From NCBI GenBank assembly GCA_036149055.1, contig JAYZQJ010000069.1, forward strand, positions 107,950 to 171,949: 64,000 nucleotides of DNA. Reading direction: 5' to 3'. A program made the translations under genes and the position numbers. The notes under the pieces were generated by a model. It saw only the letters and a list, made by a program, of their open reading frames with translations. It was not told the DNA's origin and searched no databases. Numbering within the stretch: the first letter of the stretch is position 1; each line of letters begins with the position of its first letter. This document shows, piece after piece, positions 32,775-42,380 of the stretch. This stretch comes from Myxococcota bacterium (lineage in GTDB: Bacteria; Myxococcota_A; Polyangia; Polyangiales; Sandaracinaceae).

Positions 32775-34004
32775 TCAGGTCGCGGCGTCACCCACGCGCA
32801 GCCCGGGCGCGGGCGCGTCGGCCATGACCACGTCGCGGGTCGCCTCGAGGAACGCCCGGCCGTGACGCGCGTCGGGCTCGAGGTAGTTGCCCTCCGCCCA
32901 CTCGTTCCAGGACTTGAGGAACACGAAGCGCTCCTCCTCGCGGCGGACGCTCACCTGCCGCACGGCGTGCGCGAGGTGCCGTGCGTACGCCTCCGGCGTC
33001 GAGCCCTCGAGCACCACGCCCCAGCGGCCCACCCTGGGCGTGTTGTCCCAGTTCGGCGTGACGCAGGGGAGACGCCCCGGGCGGAGCTCGTCCCGGCAGG
33101 CGGCGTCGATCAGCTCGCCGTAGGGCTGGCGGAGCGGCAGCAGCAGCTCGCGGCTGAGTCGGTCGTGGGCGGCGTGGACCGACCGGGGCGCCAGGGTCGG
33201 CGCCGCCGCGCGCGCGATGAGCTGATGGGCCGGGCCGAGCCCGCGGCGCTCCAGCACGGTGCCCACCCTGCGCCTCAGCTCGGCGCGCCGGAAGCGGCCG
33301 CGGGACTGGAACGAGAGCAGGTGACCGATGCCCGGGGCGATGGTCCCGTCCAGCCCGAGCGAGCTCGGCTCGACGCCGGGGTCACAGATCCCGAGCAGGT
33401 ACAGCCCCGGGAAGCCGGCGCGGTGGGCCAGCTCTCGCCAGATGTCCGCGAACGCCGTGGGCTCGGGGACGCGCTGGGGCCGGAAGACGACGAAGACCGG
33501 GCGGCCGTCGACCGCGATGTAGCGGGGGTCCTCGAAGGCCGGCCGGATGGCCGCGAAGTGCGCCTCGTAGTCGGCGCGCCCCGGGTACGTCTGATCGATG
33601 AGCATCTGCCAGGGACGACCGACCCAGGACGCCGTCCAGCTGTGGTTCGCCCACGCGAGGCAGAAGCCGAGGTCCGGCTCGCCGCGGCTCAGCACCTGCT
33701 GGAAGGGCCGCTCCAGGAGCCGCTTGCCCGCGAACCAGTAGTGCCAGTAGCAGAACGCCTCGATCCCGTGATCGGCGGCGAGCTCGGCCTGTCGGGCGCG
33801 CGCCTCGGGATCGAGGAGATCGTAGTACCCGAGTTCCCCCGGGTGCCGAGGCTGCGCGTGCCCGCGATAGAGCGGCCGCGCCTTGCGCACGTTGGTCCAC
33901 TCGGTGAAACCCGAGCCCCACCACGCGTCGTTCTCCGGGATGCTATGGAACTGCGGCAGGTAGAAAGCGACCGCTCGAGCAGCGCGGTGTGGCGGCGCGG
34001 ACAT
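32775..34004 (-). CDS. WbsX / GH99-like domain protein
   Basis: AFYLPQFH.IPEND.WWG.GFTEWTNV, FCYWHYWF, WANHSW, PNWDNTPR, WNEWAEG.YLEPD. Confidence 0.9.
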   Translation of the reverse strand: MSAPPHRAARAVAFYLPQFHSIPENDAWWGSGFTEWTNVRKARPLYRGHAQPRHPGELGYYDLLDPEARARQAELAADHGIEAFCYWHYWFAGKRLLERPFQQVLSRGEPDLGFCLAWANHSWTASWVGRPWQMLIDQTYPGRADYEAHFAAIRPAFEDPRYIAVDGRPVFVVFRPQRVPEPTAFADIWRELAHRAGFPGLYLLGICDPGVEPSSLGLDGTIAPGIGHLLSFQSRGRFRRAELRRRVGTVLERRGLGPAHQLIARAAAPTLAPRSVHAAHDRLSRELLLPLRQPYGELIDAACRDELRPGRLPCVTPNWDNTPRVGRWGVVLEGSTPEAYARHLAHAVRQVSVRREEERFVFLKSWNEWAEGNYLEPDARHGRAFLEATRDVVMADAPAPGLRVGDAAT

Positions 34005-34085
34005 GGTCGGTGAAATAGCTTCGTCGGACGTGGCGGACAAGCGCGGCGTCCCCTCCTCTCCAGCTCGAGCGTCGTTGGTTGTCAG

Positions 34086-35555
34086 ATGGCGGTGACCCGC
34101 AAGATCGTCTCGGGGGCGCTCTGGTCCTTCGCCCAGAACGCGGCCGCGCGCCTGGTGTCGTTCGGCGTGTTCGCCGTGCTGGGGCGTCTCCTGTCGCCCG
34201 AGGCCTTCGGCGTGGTCGCCCTCGCGCAGGCGGCCATCGACGTGCTGCTGCTCTTCGTCGGTCAAGGAATCGGCGCCTTTCTCATCCACAAGGAGGCGCT
34301 CGACGACGCCCAGATCGACACGGCGTTCTGGACCACGGTGGGCACCTCCATCCTGCTCGCCACCGGGCTCACGTTGGTTGCGCCGTGGGTCGGCGCGTTC
34401 ACCGACGCCGAGCAGGTCCCGGCCATCGTGCGCTGGCTGGCCTGGACCATGCCGCTCCACGGCCTGTCGCAGGTCCACGTCGCGCTGCTCACCCGCGAGT
34501 TCGCCTTCCGCGCCATGGCGGTCCGGACCATCCTCGCGGCGCTCGTCGGCGGCGCCGCCGGCATCGCGACCGCCCTCGCGGGCTGGGGTCCCAACGCGCT
34601 CGTCACCCAGATCGTCGTCTCTCAGGTGACGAGCACGCTGGCGCTCTGGTGGGCCAGCGGGTGGCGACCGTCGCTGCGCTGGTCGCGGACCCACGCGCTC
34701 GAGCAGCTCCGCTACAGCGGCGGGCTCACCGGCGCGGGCATCCTCCGGGTGCTCAGCACCCGCCTCGACAGCTTCCTCATCGCGGGCGTGCTCGGGACCA
34801 GCGCGCTGGGCACCTACGCGGTGGCGCGCCGGATCCTCCAGCTCTGCTCGAACCTGCTCAGCAAGTCGGGGGACGCGGTGGCGGCGAGCGCCTTCGCCCG
34901 ACAGCAGGACGACCGGGAGGCGCTGCAGCGCTCTGCGCGCGGCGCGCTCGGCTTCTCGCTCTTCATCACCGCGCCCGCCTTCGTCGGCCTCGCCGCGCTC
35001 GCCGACCTCCTCGTGCCCCTCGTCGTGGGACCGCAGTGGGCGGACGCGGTGCCGGTGCTCCAGATCCTCTGCGGCTCCGGCATCGTGATGGCGATCGGCT
35101 ACGTGATCAGCGCCGTCGCCCGCGCCGTCGGGCGTCCCATCCTCATGACCTACGCGCAGGCGGCCGTGCTCGCGGGCTACGTCGCGCTCCTGTTCGTGCT
35201 GTTCCCCTTCGGCCTCCCCGGCGTCGCCGCCGCCTTCACCGCGACCCTCGTGGTCGTGCTGCCGCTGCAGCTCTGGTTGCTGAAGAGGCTCGGTGAGCTC
35301 GAGCTCCGGGGCTGGTGGCCCGTCATCCTGCGCGTGATGCTCGCCGCCGGGGCGATGGGCGGGATCCTCGTGGGCGTGCGCCACGTCCTGCCGCCGATGC
35401 CCGCCGCGGCCGAGCTCGCCCTCGGCACCGTCGTCGGCGTCGCGGCCTACGCGCTCTTCGCTCGGCTGCTCCTGCGCGAGCAGCTCCTCCAGCTCCGGCA
35501 GGTCATCAGCACCCTCCGGCGTCGTCGCCAGGCCACGCCGCGTGTCGACGGGTAG
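34086..35555 (+). CDS. wzx: Wzx flippase (WzxC-like)
   Basis: GALWS, LGRLLSPEAFG, REFAFR, WRP, LGTYA, GPQW; multiple TM segments. Confidence 0.9.
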   Translation: MAVTRKIVSGALWSFAQNAAARLVSFGVFAVLGRLLSPEAFGVVALAQAAIDVLLLFVGQGIGAFLIHKEALDDAQIDTAFWTTVGTSILLATGLTLVAPWVGAFTDAEQVPAIVRWLAWTMPLHGLSQVHVALLTREFAFRAMAVRTILAALVGGAAGIATALAGWGPNALVTQIVVSQVTSTLALWWASGWRPSLRWSRTHALEQLRYSGGLTGAGILRVLSTRLDSFLIAGVLGTSALGTYAVARRILQLCSNLLSKSGDAVAASAFARQQDDREALQRSARGALGFSLFITAPAFVGLAALADLLVPLVVGPQWADAVPVLQILCGSGIVMAIGYVISAVARAVGRPILMTYAQAAVLAGYVALLFVLFPFGLPGVAAAFTATLVVVLPLQLWLLKRLGELELRGWWPVILRVMLAAGAMGGILVGVRHVLPPMPAAAELALGTVVGVAAYALFARLLLREQLLQLRQVISTLRRRRQATPRVDG

Positions 35556-35599
35556 GCGACATCCGACTACGCTCGCCGGCCCACCGCCCCCGAAACTCG

Positions 35600-36805
35600 A
35601 TGAAGATCCTCCACCTCACGCACAACACCCCCGGCCGCAACGCCCGCGGGGGCGGGCTGGTGTTCTCGTGGCAGAACATCATGTCCCTCGTCCGACTCGG
35701 CCACGAGGTCCACCTGGTCATCGCGGAGCCGAACCACCCGCTCGACCAGGACCTCCGCGACGCGGTCGCCTCGGTCACGTACTGCACGCCGATCGCGCCG
35801 AGCGCGCGCAGCCTCGACGCGCTGCTCGCGCGCGTGTTCCGGCCAGAGACCATGATGTTCCGGTTCCCGGACTGGATGGGCGTCCGGGCGCAGATCGAGT
35901 CGGCGGTGCGGCGCCTCGCGCCCGACCTCGTGTGGGCCGACTGGATCGGGAGCCTCGTCCGGCTGCCCGAGGGGCCCCCGGTCGTCTACGGTCACCTCGA
36001 CTTCATCCACCAGCTCAAGGCGGTGCGTCGGCGGGTCCACGCGGGACGCCTCCGCCGGCCCGACCCCGTCACGACCGCGCAGCTGAAGCGAACCGAGCTC
36101 GACCTCGTCTCGCGCTGCGGTCACGCGGTCACCGTGTCCGCGACCGACGCGGCCATCTTTGAACGCCTCGGCGTCCCGAGCACCTACATGCCCGTGGTCG
36201 GCCAGCCCATCCCGACGCCCACCGCGGCGCCGCCGTCTCGCCCTCGCGCGTTCCTGCTCGGGCGGAGCAACACCGCGATGAACGCGGCGAGGCGCGCCAT
36301 GCGGGACCGCCTGTGGCCCAAGCTGGGCCCCGTCCGTGAGCAGCTCTCCTGGCATCAGCTGGGCGAGATCCCCGGCCAGAAGACGGATCTCTGGCGCTGG
36401 GTCGAGAGCGTGTTCGAGGTCCACGGCTACGTGGAGGATCTCGGCGAGGTGCTCCGCCCGACGGATCTGTGCCTCGTGCCCTACCGGGACGACACGGGGT
36501 TCCGCGCCAAGTTCGTCACCGCGGCCGGCTACGGGATGGTCAACATCGGCTACACGGAGACCTTCGACTGCGCCGAGGAGTTCGTGCCGGGCGAGAACTG
36601 CCTCGCGGCGACGGACGACGACCACTTCGTGGAGCTGCTTCGCGAGTACGCGGCGGACGCGGATCGCCGCATGGCGCTCTCGCGCGCCTCGCGAGCCACC
36701 TACGACCGGTGCTTCGGCTTCGACGCGCAGCTCCCCACCTACGAGACCATCCTCAACAGCGTGGTCGCGCCGCCCCGGACCGATCGGGGCAGCGCCCACC
36801 CCTAG
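35600..36805 (+). CDS. GT4-like glycosyltransferase
   Basis: MKILHL..GGG, GHEVHL, HGYVEDL, VPY..DTGFRAK. Confidence 0.75.
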   Translation: MKILHLTHNTPGRNARGGGLVFSWQNIMSLVRLGHEVHLVIAEPNHPLDQDLRDAVASVTYCTPIAPSARSLDALLARVFRPETMMFRFPDWMGVRAQIESAVRRLAPDLVWADWIGSLVRLPEGPPVVYGHLDFIHQLKAVRRRVHAGRLRRPDPVTTAQLKRTELDLVSRCGHAVTVSATDAAIFERLGVPSTYMPVVGQPIPTPTAAPPSRPRAFLLGRSNTAMNAARRAMRDRLWPKLGPVREQLSWHQLGEIPGQKTDLWRWVESVFEVHGYVEDLGEVLRPTDLCLVPYRDDTGFRAKFVTAAGYGMVNIGYTETFDCAEEFVPGENCLAATDDDHFVELLREYAADADRRMALSRASRATYDRCFGFDAQLPTYETILNSVVAPPRTDRGSAHP

Positions 36806-36826
36806 TCGCTTTTGGAGAGCACCAAG

Positions 36827-37882
36827 ATGCCCAGAGCTCTGATCACCGGCGTCACCGGTCAGGACGGCGCCCACCTCGCCGAGCTCCTTCTCGAGAAGGG
36901 GTACGAGGTCCACGGGGTCAAGCGTCGCTCGTCGTCGTTCAACACCGGACGCATCGACCACCTCTACCAGGATCCCCACGTCGAGGATCAGCGCATGTTC
37001 CTCCACTTCGGAGACATGACGGACTCGACGAACCTGATCCGGGTCGTCGCCGACGTGAAGCCCGACGAGATCTACAACCTCGCGGCCCAGAGCCACGTGG
37101 CGGTCTCGTTCGAGACCCCCGAGTACACGGCGAACGCCGACGCGCTCGGCACGCTGCGGCTGCTCGAGGCGATCCGGCTGCTCGGGCTCACGGAGAAGAC
37201 GCGCTTCTACCAGGCGTCCACCAGCGAGCTCTACGGCAACATCTCGAACGGATTCCTCGACGAGAACACCGGCTTCGCCCCGCGCAGCCCGTACGGCGCG
37301 GCCAAGCTCTACGCCTACTGGATCACGACCAACTACCGTGACGCGTACGGCATCTACGCCTGCAACGGCATCCTCTTCAACCACGAGTCCGAGGTCCGCG
37401 GCGAGACGTTCGTCACCCGCAAGATCACCCGCGCGGCGGCCGCCATCTCGCTCGGGCTGCAGGAGACGACCTACCTCGGGAACCTCGAGGCGCGGCGCGA
37501 CTGGGGTCACGCGAGCGACTACGTGCGCGGCATGTGGATGATGCTCCAGCAGGACGAGCCGGACGACTACGTGCTCGCCACCGGCGAGTCCCACAGCGTG
37601 CGCGAGTTCGCGGAGCGGGCGTTCGCGCACGTGGGCATGCCCATCGAGTGGCGAGGTGAGGGCGTCGACGAGGTCGGCGTCGACGCGGACGGCACCGAGC
37701 GCATCCGCATCGACCCCCGGTTCTTCCGGCCGACCGAGGTGGAGCACCTGCTCGGTGACTCGACCAAGGCGCGCGAGAAGCTCGGCTGGTCTCCGACCGT
37801 CTCGTTCGACGAGCTGGTGCGGCGGATGGTGGAGTCCGACGTCAGAGAGGCGCGCGAGCGCGCCCCTGGAGGTCAGAAGTGA
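36827..37882 (+). CDS. gmd: GDP-mannose 4,6-dehydratase
   Basis: [48 protein letters not shown]. Confidence 0.96.
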   Translation: MPRALITGVTGQDGAHLAELLLEKGYEVHGVKRRSSSFNTGRIDHLYQDPHVEDQRMFLHFGDMTDSTNLIRVVADVKPDEIYNLAAQSHVAVSFETPEYTANADALGTLRLLEAIRLLGLTEKTRFYQASTSELYGNISNGFLDENTGFAPRSPYGAAKLYAYWITTNYRDAYGIYACNGILFNHESEVRGETFVTRKITRAAAAISLGLQETTYLGNLEARRDWGHASDYVRGMWMMLQQDEPDDYVLATGESHSVREFAERAFAHVGMPIEWRGEGVDEVGVDADGTERIRIDPRFFRPTEVEHLLGDSTKAREKLGWSPTVSFDELVRRMVESDVREARERAPGGQK

Positions 37883-38829
37883 AGCTGGACGGAGACACCA
37901 AGGCCGTCGTCACGGGCGGCGCGGGCTTCCTGGGGCGACACATCGTGTCCGCGCTCGAGCGGCGTGGAGTGCAGGCGATCGTCCCGAGGAGCGCCGCCAC
38001 GGACCTGCGCGAGTGGGAGGCCACGCGCGCGCTGATCGCCGACGTCCGCCCGGACCTCGTCGTGCACGGGGCGTGGACGGGCGGCGGCATCGGCTTCATG
38101 CGCGCCCACCCCGGCACCATCGCCCGCGACAACACGCTGATGGCGCTGAACACCATCGAGGCGTGCCGACAGCTCGACGTCGAGAAGTACGTCGGCATCG
38201 GGTCCGTCTGCGCCTATCCCAAGTTCACCAACACGCCCTTCGTCGAAGAGGACCTCTGGAAGGGCTACCCGGAGGAGACCAACGCGCCCTACGGCATCTC
38301 GAAGAAGATGATGCTCGTGCTGACCCAGTCCTACGCGCAGGAGTTCGGGTTCAACGGCGTGCACCTCCTGATGGTCAACCTCTACGGCCCCTGGGACAAC
38401 TTCGACCTCGAGACGAGCCACGTCATCCCCGCGATGATCCGGAAGTTCCTCGCGGCGAAGGAGTCCGGCGCGAAGGAGGTCGTGCTCTGGGGCGACGGCA
38501 GCCCGACCCGCGAGTTCATCTACGTCTCGGACGCGGCGGAGGCCGTGGCCCTGGCGGCCGAGCGCTACGACTCGCCCGACCCCGTCAACATCGGATCCGG
38601 CGAGGAGGCCTCCATCCGGGACCTGGCGACGATGATCGCGACGCGGATCGGGTTCGAGGGCGACGTGGTGTGGGACACCACCAAGCCCAACGGTCAGCCG
38701 AAGCGGATGCTCGACACCCGCAAGGCCAGGGAGCGCTTCGGCTTCAGCTCCAGCGTCACGCTCGCCGAGGGGCTCGACCGCACCGTCGCCTGGTATCTGG
38801 AGGAGGGGCGCCAGATCTGGGAGCGCTGA
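37879..38829 (+). CDS. fcl: GDP-L-fucose synthase
   Basis: [48 protein letters not shown]. Confidence 0.92.
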   Translation: MKLDGDTKAVVTGGAGFLGRHIVSALERRGVQAIVPRSAATDLREWEATRALIADVRPDLVVHGAWTGGGIGFMRAHPGTIARDNTLMALNTIEACRQLDVEKYVGIGSVCAYPKFTNTPFVEEDLWKGYPEETNAPYGISKKMMLVLTQSYAQEFGFNGVHLLMVNLYGPWDNFDLETSHVIPAMIRKFLAAKESGAKEVVLWGDGSPTREFIYVSDAAEAVALAAERYDSPDPVNIGSGEEASIRDLATMIATRIGFEGDVVWDTTKPNGQPKRMLDTRKARERFGFSSSVTLAEGLDRTVAWYLEEGRQIWER

Positions 38830-38874
38830 CGTCGGGTGGAACCCCCTCCCCTCCTCGGCGCTATACTGCGGGAC

Positions 38875-40203
38875 ATGCTCTCTCGACCGCGCATGCCCGC
38901 CTCCGTCGCGGCCGCCGCGCTCCTCCTCTCGCTCGCGTCCTCCTGCACCCTGAACCGCTCGGGGGCCGGGACGGCGGTGGAGTGCCGCCGCGACACGGAC
39001 TGCGAGAGCGGGTTCTGCGTCAACGGCACCTGCATCGGCGAGAGCGTCGACAGCGGCCGCCCGGAGGACTCCGGGCTCGACTCCGGTGCGCCCGTCGAGG
39101 ACTCGGGGCTCGACGCGCAGGTCCCCCCCGACGCGCCTCCGCCGCCCCCGGACTCCGGCCCTCCCCCCGGACCGCTCCTGGACTACGCGGAGGCGACGTT
39201 CACCCGCGGCTCGGTGGCCACCTGGTTCGATCCCGCGACCGGCACCCTGACGCGCTACGCGGTCCACGAGCCGCGCATCCTCGCCGACGGCTCGATCTAC
39301 GTCGAAGGAGAGCGCACGAACTTCGTGCTCGACTCCGAAGCGTTCGAGAGCTGGTTCACCGACGACAGCACCGTCACCGCCAACCTCGACGTCGCGCCGG
39401 ACGGCGCTCGGACGGCGGAGCGTTGGGTCGCCTTGGACGACGGCGGGGCGCGCGCGTTCCTGCTCGGCGGCCCCTGGGGCGGCGCGAGCCGGCCGACCGC
39501 CACCATCTCCATCTTCGCCGCCGCCCCGGGGGGCAGCGAGACCTTCCGCCAGTACTGGCGCGGCGCCGGCACCCATCAGTTCGGAGAGGACCGCACCGTC
39601 GGAGCGGGCTGGGAGCGCTTCACCGTCACCCGCGAGGACATGGAGCGCAACGGCGTGGCGCAGGCCACGACCGCGGCCGCGAGGATGCTGTCCATCTGGG
39701 GCGCGCAGGCGGAGGAGGGGCACTTCGCGAGCCAGTACATCCCCACCGCGGGCCTGCGGGAGACGCGCGCGGCCGACACCGTCGTGTTCGGCGCGGCGCC
39801 CGCCGGGATGACGTCGGGTCCCTGGACGGTGGAGCTCGCGCCGGGCGCGTCGAGCGAGGCCATCGTCGCCGCCGGCGGCTCGTGGACGGTGTTCGAGTTC
39901 GGCTCGATCGACGAGTCGGTCCGGCTCCGGGTGGGCGCGGGCGCCGTCCGCGTCAGCGTCCGGACCTCGGGGTCGCCCCACGTCGAGACGATGCCGCTGA
40001 CGTTCGACGCCCACCAGGTCCTCACCGTGTCCGTGGACCCGTCGGCCGGGCGCCTCACCGTGGCCGGCGCGAGCTCCGGGAACGGCACGACCTCCGCGAG
40101 CGCGTGGACGTTCCCGGCGGGGCCGCTCCGGGTCGGCAGCGGGGCTCCCGGGCTCGAGAGCTACTTCGGCGCGATCGGGCGGCCCTCACGCGGCGGGATG
40201 TGA
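38875..40203 (+). CDS. Lipoprotein with DSG/Pro linker and phage head-spike/fibre-like beta domain
   Basis: Lipobox ASSC; CRRDTDCESGFCVNGTC; FTRGSVATWFD..EPR..VEGERTN and WGAQAEEG..SQYIPT..TRAAD. Confidence 0.72.
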   Translation: MLSRPRMPASVAAAALLLSLASSCTLNRSGAGTAVECRRDTDCESGFCVNGTCIGESVDSGRPEDSGLDSGAPVEDSGLDAQVPPDAPPPPPDSGPPPGPLLDYAEATFTRGSVATWFDPATGTLTRYAVHEPRILADGSIYVEGERTNFVLDSEAFESWFTDDSTVTANLDVAPDGARTAERWVALDDGGARAFLLGGPWGGASRPTATISIFAAAPGGSETFRQYWRGAGTHQFGEDRTVGAGWERFTVTREDMERNGVAQATTAAARMLSIWGAQAEEGHFASQYIPTAGLRETRAADTVVFGAAPAGMTSGPWTVELAPGASSEAIVAAGGSWTVFEFGSIDESVRLRVGAGAVRVSVRTSGSPHVETMPLTFDAHQVLTVSVDPSAGRLTVAGASSGNGTTSASAWTFPAGPLRVGSGAPGLESYFGAIGRPSRGGM

Positions 40204-41670
40204 GTCGCCGCGCGTCTCCGCCACGTGGTGGGGGCGCACGGGCGTCGCGGGGGGCTCCTCGTCCAGCACCGCGCGCAGCGCGGCCGCGATGGCGCTGACG
40301 TTCTCCGGCGCGAGGACCTGCGGGAACGTGTTCGGGTTCTTCATGAACCCCGGGAACGACGTCTCGTGCAGGGCCACGATGTAGCGATGCAGCGCCTCGT
40401 GATCGGGCTCGTGCTCGGTCATCGCGCGCGAGAAGAGCGCGAACCAGCGATCCTTCGGCTCGTCGAGCGCCCGGTACACGCCGGGCAGGTGCGCGTAGAA
40501 GGCGTCGCCGAACACCACCACCGGCTTGTCGTAGAGCAGGCCCTCCCAGCCCATCGTGCCGGTGATGACCGCGATGGCCTCGGCCCGCTGGATGAGCGCC
40601 CAGGTGTCCTCGTCCGGCCCGAGCAGGCGAGTGCCGCAGACGCGCTTGATGTCGCGATAGAACGAGAGCGGCCGTCGCCCCCGGTTCGACAGGTGCTCCT
40701 TGACGTAGAGGCGCACGCCCACCGGGAGGCTGCGCGCGATGTCCTCGATCAGCGCGAGCTGGTTCAGGTACATCGGCGCCTGCACCAGGGTGGACGCCTC
40801 GGGCTGGAAGTGGATCGGGAAGAGCACGAAGCGCTCCCCCTCCACCGGCGCCTCGAAGATGTCTCCGCCCTTCGCGCGCGCCATGCGTTGCCAGCGCGTG
40901 AGCCGCTGGCCGATGGCCCGGGCGCCCGAGACCGCGGTGGGATCCCGCCGGTCGCGGAGATGCGCCGCCGTCGCGCGCACCAGCTGGCGCACGTCTCCCT
41001 TGCTCGGCACCGGCACCCGCGAGCGCGTCTGCATGCCGGTCGGCCGCCGCGGTCGATCGCGGAACCCCGCGACGAACGCGCGCGCCAGCTCCGCCTGCGC
41101 GTCGGTGAGCGTCTCGAGCTCCGCGTAGCGCGCGAGCACCCGCTCCCAGTTCTGGAAGCCGGAGCGGTAGACCGAGAGGCGGTTCGTGAGCCGGGCGCTC
41201 CCGACGCACCAGAAGGGGATGTCGCGCTCCCGCGCCAGCGCCCAGTGGAGCGTGCTCATCAGGCACGAGATGTCTTCGGTGAAGATGTAGTCGGGCTGGA
41301 TGCGATCGAGCGCGTCGCCGATGACCTCGAGCCCGACCTGCACCAGGCGCAGGACCTGCTCGTAGGTCCGGCCCTCGAGGAGGTGCCGCTCGGCGGCGAT
41401 GGCCCTCCGGAGCGAGATCCCGAGCTCCCGCTCGCGCCGCTCCAGGAACGCGTAGTCCACCGGCCCCTCGGCGAGGCGCGGCACGATGTCCCGGGTGAAC
41501 GAGACGATCTCGGCGCGCTGGTAGGGGACGTCGCTCGCGTCGATCGTCTTGAGCACGTGCCGGCCCCACGCGAAGCCGCTCACCGAGGTCGCGTGTCCGG
41601 TCGCCCTCAGCTCGCGCGCGACGCGGTCGAACAGCTCGATGTGCACGGAGAAGAAGCAGTAAGCCTTCAC
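40186..41670 (-). CDS. Capsule-synthesis (KpsS/LipB-like) protein
   Basis: FPIHFQPEAST, YVKEH, ITGTMGWEGLLYDKPVVVFG.AFY; GTGA coupling to neuA. Confidence 0.8.
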   Translation of the reverse strand: MKAYCFFSVHIELFDRVARELRATGHATSVSGFAWGRHVLKTIDASDVPYQRAEIVSFTRDIVPRLAEGPVDYAFLERRERELGISLRRAIAAERHLLEGRTYEQVLRLVQVGLEVIGDALDRIQPDYIFTEDISCLMSTLHWALARERDIPFWCVGSARLTNRLSVYRSGFQNWERVLARYAELETLTDAQAELARAFVAGFRDRPRRPTGMQTRSRVPVPSKGDVRQLVRATAAHLRDRRDPTAVSGARAIGQRLTRWQRMARAKGGDIFEAPVEGERFVLFPIHFQPEASTLVQAPMYLNQLALIEDIARSLPVGVRLYVKEHLSNRGRRPLSFYRDIKRVCGTRLLGPDEDTWALIQRAEAIAVITGTMGWEGLLYDKPVVVFGDAFYAHLPGVYRALDEPKDRWFALFSRAMTEHEPDHEALHRYIVALHETSFPGFMKNPNTFPQVLAPENVSAIAAALRAVLDEEPPATPVRPHHVAETRGDSHPAA

Positions 41671-42380
41671 TCGGGTCCTCCAGCGCTCGCCAGGTGGGCT
41701 TCGGCGGCGCGCCAGTCGTCCATGGTGTCCAGATTGAACGCCGCCTCGTTCGCCTCGTGGGGCACACCGACGAGCCGGTCTCCGTAGAGGGTCTCGTCGG
41801 TCAGCAGCGTGTCGGTGCGCGTCACGTAGACCGCCCCGCTGCGGATGAACGCGGGGCCCAGCTCCTGGCGGCGGGTCACGGGCGCGGTCGTTCCGTCCGC
41901 GAGGCGCAGCCCGCCCTCCTCCGTGGGGCGATACACCCAGTCCGGGTGGTAGCGCGTCGGGACCGGCAAGACGCTGACGACCCCGCTCGCGCCCCGCTCG
42001 AAGAGCGTGGTCACGCACCGATCGACCAGCGCCGCCGGGCGGAACGGGTCGGTCGGCTGCAGCAAGCACACGGCGTCGAAGTCTCCCGAGAGCGCCCGCA
42101 CCGCGTGGATCACGACCGCGAGGGACCCTGCCGCGTCGGTCGCAAGCTCCGGAGGCCGGAGGAACGGCACCTCGAGCCCGTGCGCCCGCCCGACCTCGGC
42201 GATCTCCTCGTCGTCGGTGCTCAGGACCACCCGGGTCAGGGTCTGAGCGGCGAGCGCGCACTCCGCGGTCCACGCGAGCAGCGGGCGCCCACCGAGGGGG
42301 CGAATGTTCTTGCGCGGGATGCCCTTCGACCCGCCCCGGGCGGGGATCAGGCCGAGCACCCGCGGCGCTCCGGCGCTCAT
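41667..42380 (-). CDS. neuA: CMP-nonulosonate synthetase (acylneuraminate cytidylyltransferase)
   Basis: IPARGGSKGIPRKNI, STDD, LRP.ELA.D, LQPTDPFR, NLDT..DW. Confidence 0.93.
   Translation of the reverse strand: MSAGAPRVLGLIPARGGSKGIPRKNIRPLGGRPLLAWTAECALAAQTLTRVVLSTDDEEIAEVGRAHGLEVPFLRPPELATDAAGSLAVVIHAVRALSGDFDAVCLLQPTDPFRPAALVDRCVTTLFERGASGVVSVLPVPTRYHPDWVYRPTEEGGLRLADGTTAPVTRRQELGPAFIRSGAVYVTRTDTLLTDETLYGDRLVGVPHEANEAAFNLDTMDDWRAAEAHLASAGGPE

Noticed and set aside
38875..40203. Prophage remnant
   Set aside because: Host-type lipoprotein signal and codon usage; no other phage genes.
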